Assembly (NCBI RefSeq): GCF_000284115.1
Contig: NC_017080.1
Location: forward strand, 510,001 to 542,000
Length of the DNA stretch: 32,000 nt
From: Phycisphaera mikurensis NBRC 102666
GTDB lineage: Bacteria; Planctomycetota; Phycisphaerae; Phycisphaerales; Phycisphaeraceae
Direction: 5' to 3'
Shown here piece by piece: positions 8,343 to 17,373 of this stretch. Every line of letters begins with the position of its first letter. Position 1 is the first letter of the stretch. Both the position numbers and the translations under genes were made by a program. The notes below the pieces were generated by a model. The model searched no databases. It was not told the origin of the DNA and saw only the letters and a program-made list of their open reading frames with translations.

Positions 8343-9313
8343 AGCGGGCGCTCTCGCTGCTGGGAACGGTGCTGCTGGGCGTGGCCGTGCTCTACGCCTC
8401 GGACCTGTCGCGCCTCGCCGAGCTCGCGGCGGGGCTGCGCCCGGGCTGGCTCCCGGCGCTCGCGTTGACGGCGCCGGCGCTGGCGGCGGTGTCGGTGCTG
8501 AAGTGGTGGCTGCTGCTGCGGGCCCGGCCCGGCGGCGCCGTGCCTGGCTTCACGCCGCTGCTGGGTCTCTACGCCACCGGGCAGTTCTACAACCAGGTCC
8601 TGCCGAGCAACTCCGGCGGCGACGTGGTGCGCGCCGAGATGCTGACGCGGCGGCTGCGGGTCCGGGGCGCGGGCGGCCGCTCGGCGGCTTGGGCCTCCAT
8701 CACCGCCGAACGCTTCACGGGCCTCGCGGTGCTGGTGGCGATGGCCGTGCCCGCCGCGCTGTGCCCGGCCTTCTGGGCCCACCCGCTGCTGATGGTCGGG
8801 ATCGCCGCGGGCACGGCCCTCTCGGTCGCGGTCATCGCCGGGGTGCTGCTGGTGCCGCCGTCGCCGCCGCCGCCCGCTGCCGGGCCGGACCGCCGGCTCC
8901 TCCGGGCCCTCGGCAAGGCGCGGGCGAAGCTCGCGGCGTTCTCCGCCGACCTCCGCTCCTACGGGCGTCACCGCCGGACGCTCGCCGCGTCGCTCGCGCT
9001 GTCGGCGGGGTTCTACGCCCTGGCGGTCGCCTCGGTGATGGTGGCGGCGGCTTGCTTCGGGCATCCGGTGGCGGTGCGCCCCGCCACGCTGGCCACCGCG
9101 GCGGTGCTGGTCGTGTCGCTGCTGCCGGTCTCGATCAACGGGCTGGGCCTCTGGGAGGCGAGCTTCCTCGCGAGCTTCGAGGCCCTGGGGCTCGGCGGCG
9201 AGCTCGGCCTCGCCGTCGCGCTGCTGCTGCGCTTCCGCGACCTGCTGTGGGCGGTGGCCGGCGCCACCGTCGCCGCCGCTTGTCGCGCGGGAACCCCCGC
9301 GACGGGCGCCTGA
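8339..9313 (+). CDS. Flippase-like membrane protein (lysylphosphatidylglycerol synthase transmembrane region family)
   Basis: LKWWLLLRA..GFTPLLGLYATGQFYNQVLPSNSGGDVVRAEML..AWASITAERFTGL..VSLLPVSINGLGLWEASFLASFEALGL is typical of the family. TTG start overlaps the upstream stop (TTGA). Confidence 0.87.
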   Translation: MKRALSLLGTVLLGVAVLYASDLSRLAELAAGLRPGWLPALALTAPALAAVSVLKWWLLLRARPGGAVPGFTPLLGLYATGQFYNQVLPSNSGGDVVRAEMLTRRLRVRGAGGRSAAWASITAERFTGLAVLVAMAVPAALCPAFWAHPLLMVGIAAGTALSVAVIAGVLLVPPSPPPPAAGPDRRLLRALGKARAKLAAFSADLRSYGRHRRTLAASLALSAGFYALAVASVMVAAACFGHPVAVRPATLATAAVLVVSLLPVSINGLGLWEASFLASFEALGLGGELGLAVALLLRFRDLLWAVAGATVAAACRAGTPATGA

Positions 9314-9383
9314 CCCTGCGGACCGTCTGACCCCGCGGACCGTCGCGCTTCCGGGCCCGGGAAGCCCGCGGTCCGCGGGGGGG

Positions 9384-10076
9384 TCAAGGCCGCCGCGTCG
9401 CGTGCTCCATGAGCGCGACGGCGGCGGCGGCGACGTAGGCGGGCTCGTCCTCGTGGCCTCCGTGCCAGTTGGTCTCGAGCACCGCGGCGCCGGCGCAGCG
9501 CAGGGCCGACGCGAAGCCGGCGGCGCTCGCGACGCGGGAGGGCAGGTCGGCGTCGCCGCAGCCGGTCATCCAAGCGATGCGGTCGATGGGACCCGCGGCT
9601 GGCCGGGCTGCGGCGGCGCGGACCGCGGGCGACGCGAAGCCGGGGTGCTCGTCGGGACGATCGAGCCACCGCTCCTCGGCCATCATCCCCGTCCAGCGGC
9701 CGCCGGGCAGGGTCCAGGAGCCCGCGGCGAGGGCGACGCAGCAGGCCACCCGCCGGGGGTGTCGCATCGCGAAGCGGTGGGCGAATTGAGCCCCGCCGCT
9801 GTGGCCCTGCACGCAGATTGGGCCGGCGTGGCCGGCTTCGGCGAGATCGGCGAGCACGCCGGCGTCGGGGTCGGGTTTGCCGGGGCGGCCGAGGAGGAAC
9901 TGGTACGGCGTTTCAAGCTGCGGGCAGAACAGCCGCAGGGGCCGACGGCCGAAGCGGGACCAACGCTCCCGCCAGCGCTGGACCACGGCCGCGGCGTCGC
10001 CTCCGGTGCCGTGCAGGGCGAGCAACACCACCGGCTCTCCCGTTCCCGCGACCCCGCATGAGTGGTGCTTCACCAT
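9384..10076 (-). CDS. Alpha/beta hydrolase (esterase/phospholipase-like)
   Basis: VVLLALHGTGGDAAAV..GPICVQGHSGGAQFAHRFAMRHPRRVACCVALAAGSWTLP. It contains the nucleophile elbow GHSGG, and the late motif TNWHGGHEDEPAY carries the His. Confidence 0.85.
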   Translation of the reverse strand: MVKHHSCGVAGTGEPVVLLALHGTGGDAAAVVQRWRERWSRFGRRPLRLFCPQLETPYQFLLGRPGKPDPDAGVLADLAEAGHAGPICVQGHSGGAQFAHRFAMRHPRRVACCVALAAGSWTLPGGRWTGMMAEERWLDRPDEHPGFASPAVRAAAARPAAGPIDRIAWMTGCGDADLPSRVASAAGFASALRCAGAAVLETNWHGGHEDEPAYVAAAAVALMEHATRRP

Positions 10077-10260
10077 GCCGGCGAAGCTACGAAGTGCCGC
10101 GAAGGCCACTGGCGCCGCCGGTTCGGCGGGGAGGACGCGTTGCCGTCGCGGGTCCGGGCGTTCATACTCGCGTCGGGGGAGCGACCGAGCCGGGGAGGCG
10201 AGGGCGCAGCCACCCGGCCCGCCACACGCTCCCCCGGTGCGCGTGTCCCCCAACCCCGCC

Positions 10261-12180
10261 ATGGCTTCGTCGACGCACCCGCCACCACGCCAGCCGGATC
10301 GGGCCTTCCCGGTTGCCGCCTTCGCCGGCCCGCGGCCTGCGCCGCGGTCGCGGCGGTGGTCGATCGCGGCCGCCGCGCTGCTGCTCGCGGCGGCGGTGCC
10401 CGTGCTGGCGGTCCGCCTGGCCTGGTCGAACCCGACGGTCGATGCCGCCGAGTATGCCCGCCTGGCGCCCGCCGCCGAGGCCGGGCGGGGCTTCGGCCAG
10501 CACCGGCGGGAAGCGGATGCTTACGACGCGCTGCTCGGTCTCGTCGGCGAGCCGGACCCGGCGGCGGCCGCGGCCGGCGACCCCGCCCCAAGGGGCCTCG
10601 CGGCGGGCCGGCGCGTCTCGGCCGCGGCGGGCGGCCTGCTGGTGGTGCTCGCGGGGGGCTTCGCCTGGCGAGTGGTCGCCGCCGGGACGCGACGCCGTGG
10701 GGCGGGCGGCCCGCCCGGTTCGGGCGCGGAAGGCCACCCCCGGGCGGCCGCGGCAGTCGCGGCGTCGCTGGCGGTGGCGGGCACGGGGCTGTGCCTCCCG
10801 CTCGTTCACTTCAGCGGCTTGCTCTCGCCGGTGATGGCGGCCAACGCGGCGCTGCTTGCCGCCGCGGCGCTCGCCTGGCACGCCGCCGCGGGGCCGCCGG
10901 GCCGGTCCTTGGGCCCCCCGGCGGCCGCCGGGGCCGCGGCGCTGACGCTGGCGGCCTGCTCGCTGAGCCCGACCGTCGCGGCGGCCGCGGCGGGCCTGAT
11001 CGCTTGGGCGGTGCCCGCGGTGGCGCTGCGGCTGCGGGACCAGCCCGACGACCACCGCCGCTTCCGCGACGCGGTGACGTCGGTTCTCCTGCTGCTCCTG
11101 GTGCTCACCGCCGGGCTCGCGTTGCATTACGCGGCGGCGGGATCGCCCTTCGCCGAGCTGCTCCGCGAGCCACCTTTCGTGCCCGATGGGGTTCTTGGCG
11201 AGGGCCCGCTCCGGCTGCTGGCCGAGCGGCTGGGCTGGGTGTTGCCGGCCGCCGCGGCGTCGCTGGCGCTGCTGCTCCGGGCCCGTCCCGCGGCCGGCCT
11301 GCTGCTCGCTGCGATTGCCGCGGCGGCGCTGCTGGGTGCGAGCGTCGGCGGCTCCGGAGCCGAGGCGGAGCTGGTGCCCGCCTACTGGGCGGCGCTGCTC
11401 GGGCTGGCGATCGGCGCGGGCGTGCTGCTGCCGTGGGTCCACCGCCACGCCGCCGGCTTCTTCCAGGCCGTTGCCGAGCGGCTCGGGATGTACGCCGCCG
11501 CGCCGGCCGTCGGCCGCACGCTCGCCACGCTCGCGCTGGCGGCTCTGGTGGTCTGGGGGGGCTACCGCAGCCCGGCCTACTACCTCACCGCGGCGGTGCT
11601 GCGGGACGGGGTCGAGCGCGGACCGTACGCCCGGATGGACTTCGCCGCCGCGGCGCCCGCCCTGCGGGCCGTGCTGCGGGAGGGCGACGCCGTGGCCACC
11701 TCCGCCCCTGACGCCACCCGCCTGCACCTGGGGCGGGCGGACGTGCTGCTCTCTCGCGGCCGCCTCGCCGCGGCGATCGCCCTGGCCGACGCGGGGGCGG
11801 GCGTGGCGACCCCCGCCGAGGGCTCGGACGCGGGCTTCGCGCTGATCGACCCCGCCTCGGGCCTCCCGGTGGTCGGCTCGGTGGAGGGGCTCCGAAGCCT
11901 GCTGCGGGAGCGTCCCTCCGGCCTCCTGATCGTGGAGCGAATCGAGTGGATGGAGCCCGGCGGCCTGCCCCTCCCGGTGGCCCGGGAGATCGAGGAGCGG
12001 GCGATCCGGGTGGCGCTGCCGACCCGCAGCGGGCTCTACGCCTTCCGCTGGAGCGAACCCGTCGAAACGGCGGCCGCGCCGGCCGAAGCGCCGGGGCCGG
12101 ATCGGCCGATGGGGACGCTCCTTCCCGGGCCCGCCGCCAGCGAGGAAGGGCCCGCCGCCGCGTTCCCGTCGAACCGATGA
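10261..12180 (+). CDS. Large integral membrane protein with C-terminal soluble domain (GT39-like topology)
   Basis: About 639 aa from ATG 10261, with numerous hydrophobic helices. The C-terminal domain begins YLTAAVLRDGVERGPYARMDFAAAAPALRAVLREGDAV. It overlaps the next gene start (ATGA). Confidence 0.78.
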   Translation: MASSTHPPPRQPDRAFPVAAFAGPRPAPRSRRWSIAAAALLLAAAVPVLAVRLAWSNPTVDAAEYARLAPAAEAGRGFGQHRREADAYDALLGLVGEPDPAAAAAGDPAPRGLAAGRRVSAAAGGLLVVLAGGFAWRVVAAGTRRRGAGGPPGSGAEGHPRAAAAVAASLAVAGTGLCLPLVHFSGLLSPVMAANAALLAAAALAWHAAAGPPGRSLGPPAAAGAAALTLAACSLSPTVAAAAAGLIAWAVPAVALRLRDQPDDHRRFRDAVTSVLLLLLVLTAGLALHYAAAGSPFAELLREPPFVPDGVLGEGPLRLLAERLGWVLPAAAASLALLLRARPAAGLLLAAIAAAALLGASVGGSGAEAELVPAYWAALLGLAIGAGVLLPWVHRHAAGFFQAVAERLGMYAAAPAVGRTLATLALAALVVWGGYRSPAYYLTAAVLRDGVERGPYARMDFAAAAPALRAVLREGDAVATSAPDATRLHLGRADVLLSRGRLAAAIALADAGAGVATPAEGSDAGFALIDPASGLPVVGSVEGLRSLLRERPSGLLIVERIEWMEPGGLPLPVAREIEERAIRVALPTRSGLYAFRWSEPVETAAAPAEAPGPDRPMGTLLPGPAASEEGPAAAFPSNR

Positions 12181-13085
12181 GTGCCCCCCTCCCGAGCTCA
12201 TCTCCACCGGAGGCCGCGGAGGGCGCGGAGGGCCCCGCCGGCCCGGAGCGTCGCGTCCGCTTGGCGGGCGTCGACCTCGACCCGCTGACCCTCCGCGGCA
12301 CGATCGAGCTGATGCTCGGGGCGCTGGACGCCGGCCGGGGCGGGTGGCTGGTGACGTCAAATCTCGATCACCTCCGGCGGGCGGGGCACGACCCAAGCTT
12401 CCGTGCCATGCTCGCGGCGGCCGACCGCGTCGTCGCCGACGGGATGCCGCTGGTGTGGGCATCCCGGATCGCCGGAACGCCCCTGCCCGAGCGGGTCGCG
12501 GGCTCGACGCTGTCCGCCGAGATGGCCGCCGCCGCCGCCGCCCGCGGCCGCTCGCTGTTCCTCCTCGGCGGCAACCCCGGCGTGGCCGACGCCGCGGCGG
12601 CTCGGTTGCGGGAGGACCATCCGGACCTGGTCATCGCCGGCACGCACTGCCCGCCTCTGGGCTTCGAGGACGATCCCGAGGCGGCTCCGGCGTTGCGGGC
12701 GGCTCTCGCCTCCAGCGACGCCGACCTTGTGTACGTCGCGTTGGGTTCCCCGAAGCAGGAGAAGCTCATCGCCGAGCTCCGTGGCGAGGGCCTGCTGCCC
12801 GGGGCCTGGTGGGTCGGCGTCGGGATCTCGCTCTCCTTTCTATGCGGCGAGGTCTCCCGGGCCCCGGGCTGGGTTCAAGCGGCCGGGCTGGAGTGGGTCC
12901 ACCGCCTGGCCCAGGAGCCGCGACGCCTGGCTCGGCGTTACCTCGTCGACGGGCTGCCCTACGCCGCGCGGCTGCTGGCGGCGGCGGCGTGGAGTCGCCT
13001 CACCCGCCCGGCCGCGGCTACCTTCCGGCCCGCGGAGGCCTCGGGCGCCGCTCCCCCGGCTCCGGGTCCCGGAGCCGACGCCTGA
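12177..13085 (+). CDS. WecG/TagA/CpsF family glycosyltransferase
   Basis: GWLVTSNLDHLRRAGHDPSFRAMLAAADRVVADGMPLVWASRIAGTPLPERVAGSTLSAEMA..LFLLGGNPGVADAAAARLRE..ADLVYVALGSPKQEKLIAEL..WWVGVGISLSFLCG. Confidence 0.95.
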   Translation: MSAPLPSSSPPEAAEGAEGPAGPERRVRLAGVDLDPLTLRGTIELMLGALDAGRGGWLVTSNLDHLRRAGHDPSFRAMLAAADRVVADGMPLVWASRIAGTPLPERVAGSTLSAEMAAAAAARGRSLFLLGGNPGVADAAAARLREDHPDLVIAGTHCPPLGFEDDPEAAPALRAALASSDADLVYVALGSPKQEKLIAELRGEGLLPGAWWVGVGISLSFLCGEVSRAPGWVQAAGLEWVHRLAQEPRRLARRYLVDGLPYAARLLAAAAWSRLTRPAAATFRPAEASGAAPPAPGPGADA

Positions 13086-13152
13086 AGCCGCCCCCGCCCC
13101 GGGCCGATGCCCGGCGGTGCGGCCGGCCGTGCCCCCTCCGCGCAGGATCGTC

Positions 13153-14139
13153 ATGAGCCCCAAGCGAAGCAAGTCCGACACCGGTTCCGCCCGCTTCGGC
13201 GGGCTCGCCCCGCGTGGGGGGCAGCACGGTGGCTCCCGCTTCGACGATCCCGGCGGCGACGAGCCGCAGGGGCCGCCCCCGCGCGTGGAAGCCGTGGTGA
13301 TGCTCGCCGGGCAGGTGCGCCCGACGCCGCTGCGGCGGGCCACCGGCCGCGGCAGCCTGGAGCTCCCGCTCGCGGCCGGCCACACCGTTCTCGACCACTG
13401 GTGCGAGCAGCTGGACGCGTACGCGGGCCTGCACGGGGGGGCCACGCCGCTGTCGGTCCGCGTGATGCTCGACCACGACGCGGACTTCGAGCGGAACCCC
13501 CGCTTCCCCGCCGGCATCCGGCTGGGGCTCGAGCGTGATCCCTCGCGGCTTCGCGGAACCGGGGGGCTGCTCTCCGACGTCGCGCGGGGTTACGACGACG
13601 ACGCCGTCCTGCTCGTCGTCCACGCCTCGCAGCTGCCGATCCGCCCGCTCGCCTCCACGCTCTGCGGCCCGGTCTGCCGGGAGGCCGACGTCACGCTGCT
13701 GTGCACCCGCGACGGGCAGCCCAGCGGGGTGATGCTCGTGCGGTGCAGCGCCCTCCGCGGCCTGAAGCCGGTGGGGTTCATCGATCTCAACGAGCAGGCG
13801 CTCCCGCGGATCGCCGCGTCCGCGGACGTCCGCGTGTGCCGCACCGCGCGGCCGACGACGATGTCGCTGCGCACGACGTCGGGCTACCTGGAGGCGTTGC
13901 GGGCATATCACGGCGCCCGCAGCGGCTCGCTGGGGGCGCCGGGGCCCTTCGCCGAGAGCTGGCGGCCCTCCTTCCAGGTCATCGAGTCGGGCGCCTCGGT
14001 CGCTCCCGGCGCCGTCATCCACGACTCCGCCGTGCTCTCGGGCGCCCGCGTCGACGCCGGAGCCGTGGTGGTCCGCAGCGTCGTCTGCCCCGGCACCTTC
14101 GTGGCGCCGGGCCGGCACGTCATCGACACCATCGTCTAA
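13153..14139 (+). CDS. NDP-sugar pyrophosphorylase-like protein with degenerate nucleotidyltransferase signature and C-terminal LbH-like repeats
   Basis: VEAVVMLAGQVRPTPLRRATGRGSLELPLAAGHTVLDHW resembles the AGGxGTRLxPLT..KPLLPV signature but is altered. C-terminal hexapeptide-like SVAPGAVIHDSAVLSGARVDAGAVVVRSVVCPGTFVAPG. Confidence 0.75.
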   Translation: MSPKRSKSDTGSARFGGLAPRGGQHGGSRFDDPGGDEPQGPPPRVEAVVMLAGQVRPTPLRRATGRGSLELPLAAGHTVLDHWCEQLDAYAGLHGGATPLSVRVMLDHDADFERNPRFPAGIRLGLERDPSRLRGTGGLLSDVARGYDDDAVLLVVHASQLPIRPLASTLCGPVCREADVTLLCTRDGQPSGVMLVRCSALRGLKPVGFIDLNEQALPRIAASADVRVCRTARPTTMSLRTTSGYLEALRAYHGARSGSLGAPGPFAESWRPSFQVIESGASVAPGAVIHDSAVLSGARVDAGAVVVRSVVCPGTFVAPGRHVIDTIV

Positions 14140-14160
14140 GCCACCGCGTCGGGGCCGGCC

Positions 14161-15195
14161 GTGCCGCCCGCCGCGAGCCCCGCAGCGGATTGGGTTCTTC
14201 TCCGCCAGCGGTTATCCTCGCCGTGGAGGTTGATGAAAGTGCCGGTGCCAAATCGGGTCAGACGCAATGGTTGGGTGCCCTGGCGCCTCACGCTCCTGGG
14301 GCTGGCGGCCGCCGGAGCGATGCTCCTCGCTCTCCCGGCTTGGGTCGCTTGCGCGCGGGCGGCGCTCGGGCACGAGGCCGACGCGGGCATCCTGATCGCC
14401 CCGGTCGTCTTCGTCTTCCTGGTGACGCTGCGGTGGCGGCGGCTGGTGGTTCTCCGGCCGCGGCCCGATGCGTTGGGGGTCGCGGTCGCCGCCCTGGGGG
14501 TCGTGCTGCTCGCGCTCGCCACCGCCGACCCCCTCGGCGGCGGGAGCTGGTTCCTCGGGGGGCCGCTCTTCCGCGGCGGCCCGGCGGCGACCTGGGCGCG
14601 CACGGCGGCGGTGGGTGGCGCCGTGCTGCTTCTGCTCGGCTCGATCACCGCCGTCACCGGCCACCGCCTGGCGGGGCGCTTCGGCGCGGCGATGGGGGCG
14701 CTCGTGTTCCTCGTGCCGCTGCCGCAGTCGCTCATCACGCAGGTCTCAGAGCCGATGAACCTCGCGGCGGCGCGGGTCGCTTGCGGGATCTTCGAGGTCT
14801 TCAGCGTGGGGGCCGGCGTGGAGGGCGGGACCATGTTCATCGAGCGGGGTGCGGGGCAGCGGTGGATGCCCGTGCCGCTGGCCGAGACCGCCCAGGCGCT
14901 GCCGATCGCGATGATGCTCGGCGTGGTCTGCTACGCCTTCGTCTTCGGCTCGCCGCTGCGCCCGCTGGTCCGCACCGCCGTGCTCCTGCTGTGCCCGATC
15001 GCGGGCGTTCTCAGCTGCGCCGGCGTCTTGGTGGCGACGCTGCTGTTCAGCACGCCCGAGGCGCCGGCCTGGGCGTGGGCCCAGGTCGGCGGGCAGTGGC
15101 TCATGATGGCGGTGGCGTTCCTGCTGCTGATGGGCCTGATCCGCCTGCTGGCGTGGGCGGCGGTCCCGGTCCGTCGCTTCTCGCTGGCGAACTGA
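14161..15195 (+). CDS. Exosortase/archaeosortase-like integral membrane protein, apparently lacking catalytic residues
   Basis: Polytopic protein. GIFEVFSVGAGVEGGTMFI..VPLAETAQALPIAMMLGVVCYAFVFGSPLRPLVRTAVLLLCPIAGVLSCAGVLVATLLF follows the exosortase core layout. Start could instead be ATG 14233. Confidence 0.6.
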   Translation: MPPAASPAADWVLLRQRLSSPWRLMKVPVPNRVRRNGWVPWRLTLLGLAAAGAMLLALPAWVACARAALGHEADAGILIAPVVFVFLVTLRWRRLVVLRPRPDALGVAVAALGVVLLALATADPLGGGSWFLGGPLFRGGPAATWARTAAVGGAVLLLLGSITAVTGHRLAGRFGAAMGALVFLVPLPQSLITQVSEPMNLAAARVACGIFEVFSVGAGVEGGTMFIERGAGQRWMPVPLAETAQALPIAMMLGVVCYAFVFGSPLRPLVRTAVLLLCPIAGVLSCAGVLVATLLFSTPEAPAWAWAQVGGQWLMMAVAFLLLMGLIRLLAWAAVPVRRFSLAN

Positions 15196-15287
15196 GCCCC
15201 GAGCCTCCGCCTGCGCCATCGCGTGCGCCCGCCCGCGCCGGACGCTCGGCATCCGGGCATCCCGGGACGCCGCTCTAGCCTCCAACG

Positions 15288-17261
15288 ATGGAAGCCGAAA
15301 CCCTCCCCGACGACGCCGTCGCGGCCCCGGGCGCCGGGGCGGTGCCGCCCACACCGCCGTTCTTCCGGGAGCTGGCGGGCGTGATCAACGCCGGCACCGC
15401 CCGGGGCATCGTGCTCGCGGGGGAGGTCCACGACCTCTTCCACCTCCGCGACGCCACCGACGCGACCGGTGAGGCGGCGTCGGGCGCCGCGGCCGTCGGC
15501 GAGCGGCCCGCGGGGGCGTGGGTCCCGCTGGTCGATTTCCTCGTCGGCCGCTGCTCCGTGCCGGGCATGCTCGTGCTGGTCGCGGAGCTCAACGGGCCGC
15601 TGCGGCTGCACGCTCACGGCGGGGCGGCGGCGGGATGGGAGCGGCTCCGCGACGCCTGGGTGGCCTGGCGTGGCGGCGTGGAGCCCAGCGACGAGGACAT
15701 CCTCGCCCAGCTCGCCGAGCCGGGGAAGGCCGGCGTCAACCGGCAGACGCGGCTGCGGGCGCTGCGGGCGCAGTTCTCCGCCTCCATCGCCGACGTGGTC
15801 GGCAAGCCGACGGTCGCGCTCGAGCTGCTCCGCCAGCTGTCGCTGTGCAGCCGTTCTCGCCGGCCCGGGGGCGAGGCGTACCTCGCCGAGGACCTGCTGA
15901 TCCTCGTCGAGGCCGCCGACCTCACGCTGCCGGCCGGAGACGGCGACGTCGCCCGCTTGAATCCTGCGGACCGGCACCGCGTCGCGGTGGTGGAGGACTG
16001 GTTCGCCGACCCCGGCTTCGCCAACGGCCGCGACTCCGTGGTGCTGCTGGCGGGATCCGCCTCGGGGGTGCACCCGCGCGTGGCGGCGCTGCCCACGGTG
16101 CGGACGATCTCCGTCGACGCGCCCGGCCGCGACACGCGGCTGGCCTTCCTCGAGAGCCTGCAACGCGGGCGGGAGGCCGCCGGCCGGCCCGCCGCGCGGC
16201 TGCCTCGCGGAGCCGCCGCCCTGGCCGACCGCTCCGCGGGGCTCTCGCTGCACGCGCTCCGCGAGCTCCTGCTCACCTCCGCCCACGCCGGAGAGCCCGT
16301 GGACGACGCCGCGGTCGTCGCCGCGGTCGAGCGCTTCCTCGAGAAGAAGCTCGGCGAGGGCGTGGTGGGCTTCTCCAAGCCCGAGCACCGGCTCGCCGAC
16401 GTGCTCGGCAACGGGCGGCTGAAGGCCTTCCTCCGCGACGAGCTGCTGCCCCGCTTCCGCTCCACCGGCGAGGACGCGCTCCCGGGCGCGGCGGTCGCCG
16501 GGCCGATCGGCGGCGGCAAGACGTTCATCTTCGAGGCCGTCGCCGCCGAGCTGGGACTGCCGGTGCTCGTGCTCAAGAACATCCGCAGCCAGTGGTTCGG
16601 CCAGACCGACGCGGTCTTCGAGAAGCTCCGCGCGGTGCTCGTGTCGCTGGGGAAGGTCGTCATCTTCGTCGACGAGGCGGACACGCAGTTCGGCGGCGTC
16701 GGCGGCGACAGCCACGCGACCGAGCGGCGGCTGACCGGCAAGGTGCAGCAGATGATGAGCGACCCGACGCTGCGGGGCCGGGTCATCTGGCTGCTGATGA
16801 CCGCCCGCATCGAACGCCTCTCCGCGGACATCCGCCGGCCCGGCCGCGTCGGCGACCTCATCCTGCCCGTGCTCGACCCCGAGCCCGGCAGCGCCGACGC
16901 CGCCGACTTCCTCCGCTGGGCCGCGGAGCCCGCGCTGGGCGCGACCCCCGATGACGCGGCGCTCGCGGAGCTCTCCGCCGCCCTGGGGCCCACCTCCGCG
17001 GCCGCGTTCGGTGCCCTCCGCTCGCGGCTCGGAGCCGAGGCCGCCCGCGCCGGCGGCCCGCTCGGCCTCGACGCCGTCGTCGCGGTCGTGCGCGATCAAC
17101 TGCCCGCCGACATCGCCGCGGAGCGGCGCTACCAGACGCTCCAGGCCCTGCTCAACACCACCCGCCGCGCGCTCCTGCCCGACCCCGCCGTCACCGAGGA
17201 CGACCGCGCCGCCTGGGCCGTGGAGGCCGCCGCCCTCCGCCGCGCCGGCATTGGCGCCTGA
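15288..17261 (+). CDS. Classical-clade AAA family ATPase
   Basis: Walker A GPIGGGKT. Walker B VVIFVDEAD. SRH-like TARIERLSADIRRPGRVGDLILPVLDPEPG. Novel-looking about 370-aa N-terminal region. Confidence 0.9.
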   Translation: MEAETLPDDAVAAPGAGAVPPTPPFFRELAGVINAGTARGIVLAGEVHDLFHLRDATDATGEAASGAAAVGERPAGAWVPLVDFLVGRCSVPGMLVLVAELNGPLRLHAHGGAAAGWERLRDAWVAWRGGVEPSDEDILAQLAEPGKAGVNRQTRLRALRAQFSASIADVVGKPTVALELLRQLSLCSRSRRPGGEAYLAEDLLILVEAADLTLPAGDGDVARLNPADRHRVAVVEDWFADPGFANGRDSVVLLAGSASGVHPRVAALPTVRTISVDAPGRDTRLAFLESLQRGREAAGRPAARLPRGAAALADRSAGLSLHALRELLLTSAHAGEPVDDAAVVAAVERFLEKKLGEGVVGFSKPEHRLADVLGNGRLKAFLRDELLPRFRSTGEDALPGAAVAGPIGGGKTFIFEAVAAELGLPVLVLKNIRSQWFGQTDAVFEKLRAVLVSLGKVVIFVDEADTQFGGVGGDSHATERRLTGKVQQMMSDPTLRGRVIWLLMTARIERLSADIRRPGRVGDLILPVLDPEPGSADAADFLRWAAEPALGATPDDAALAELSAALGPTSAAAFGALRSRLGAEAARAGGPLGLDAVVAVVRDQLPADIAAERRYQTLQALLNTTRRALLPDPAVTEDDRAAWAVEAAALRRAGIGA

Positions 17262-17373
17262 TGCGCACGCGGACGGGCCCGGACGCAGCGCCGCCGGCTC
17301 CGCAAACGCGGAAGCGGGCGAGGCCTCCGCGGTCCGCGGGACCGTCCTCCGCGCCTGGCCGTAGTCTCGCCGG

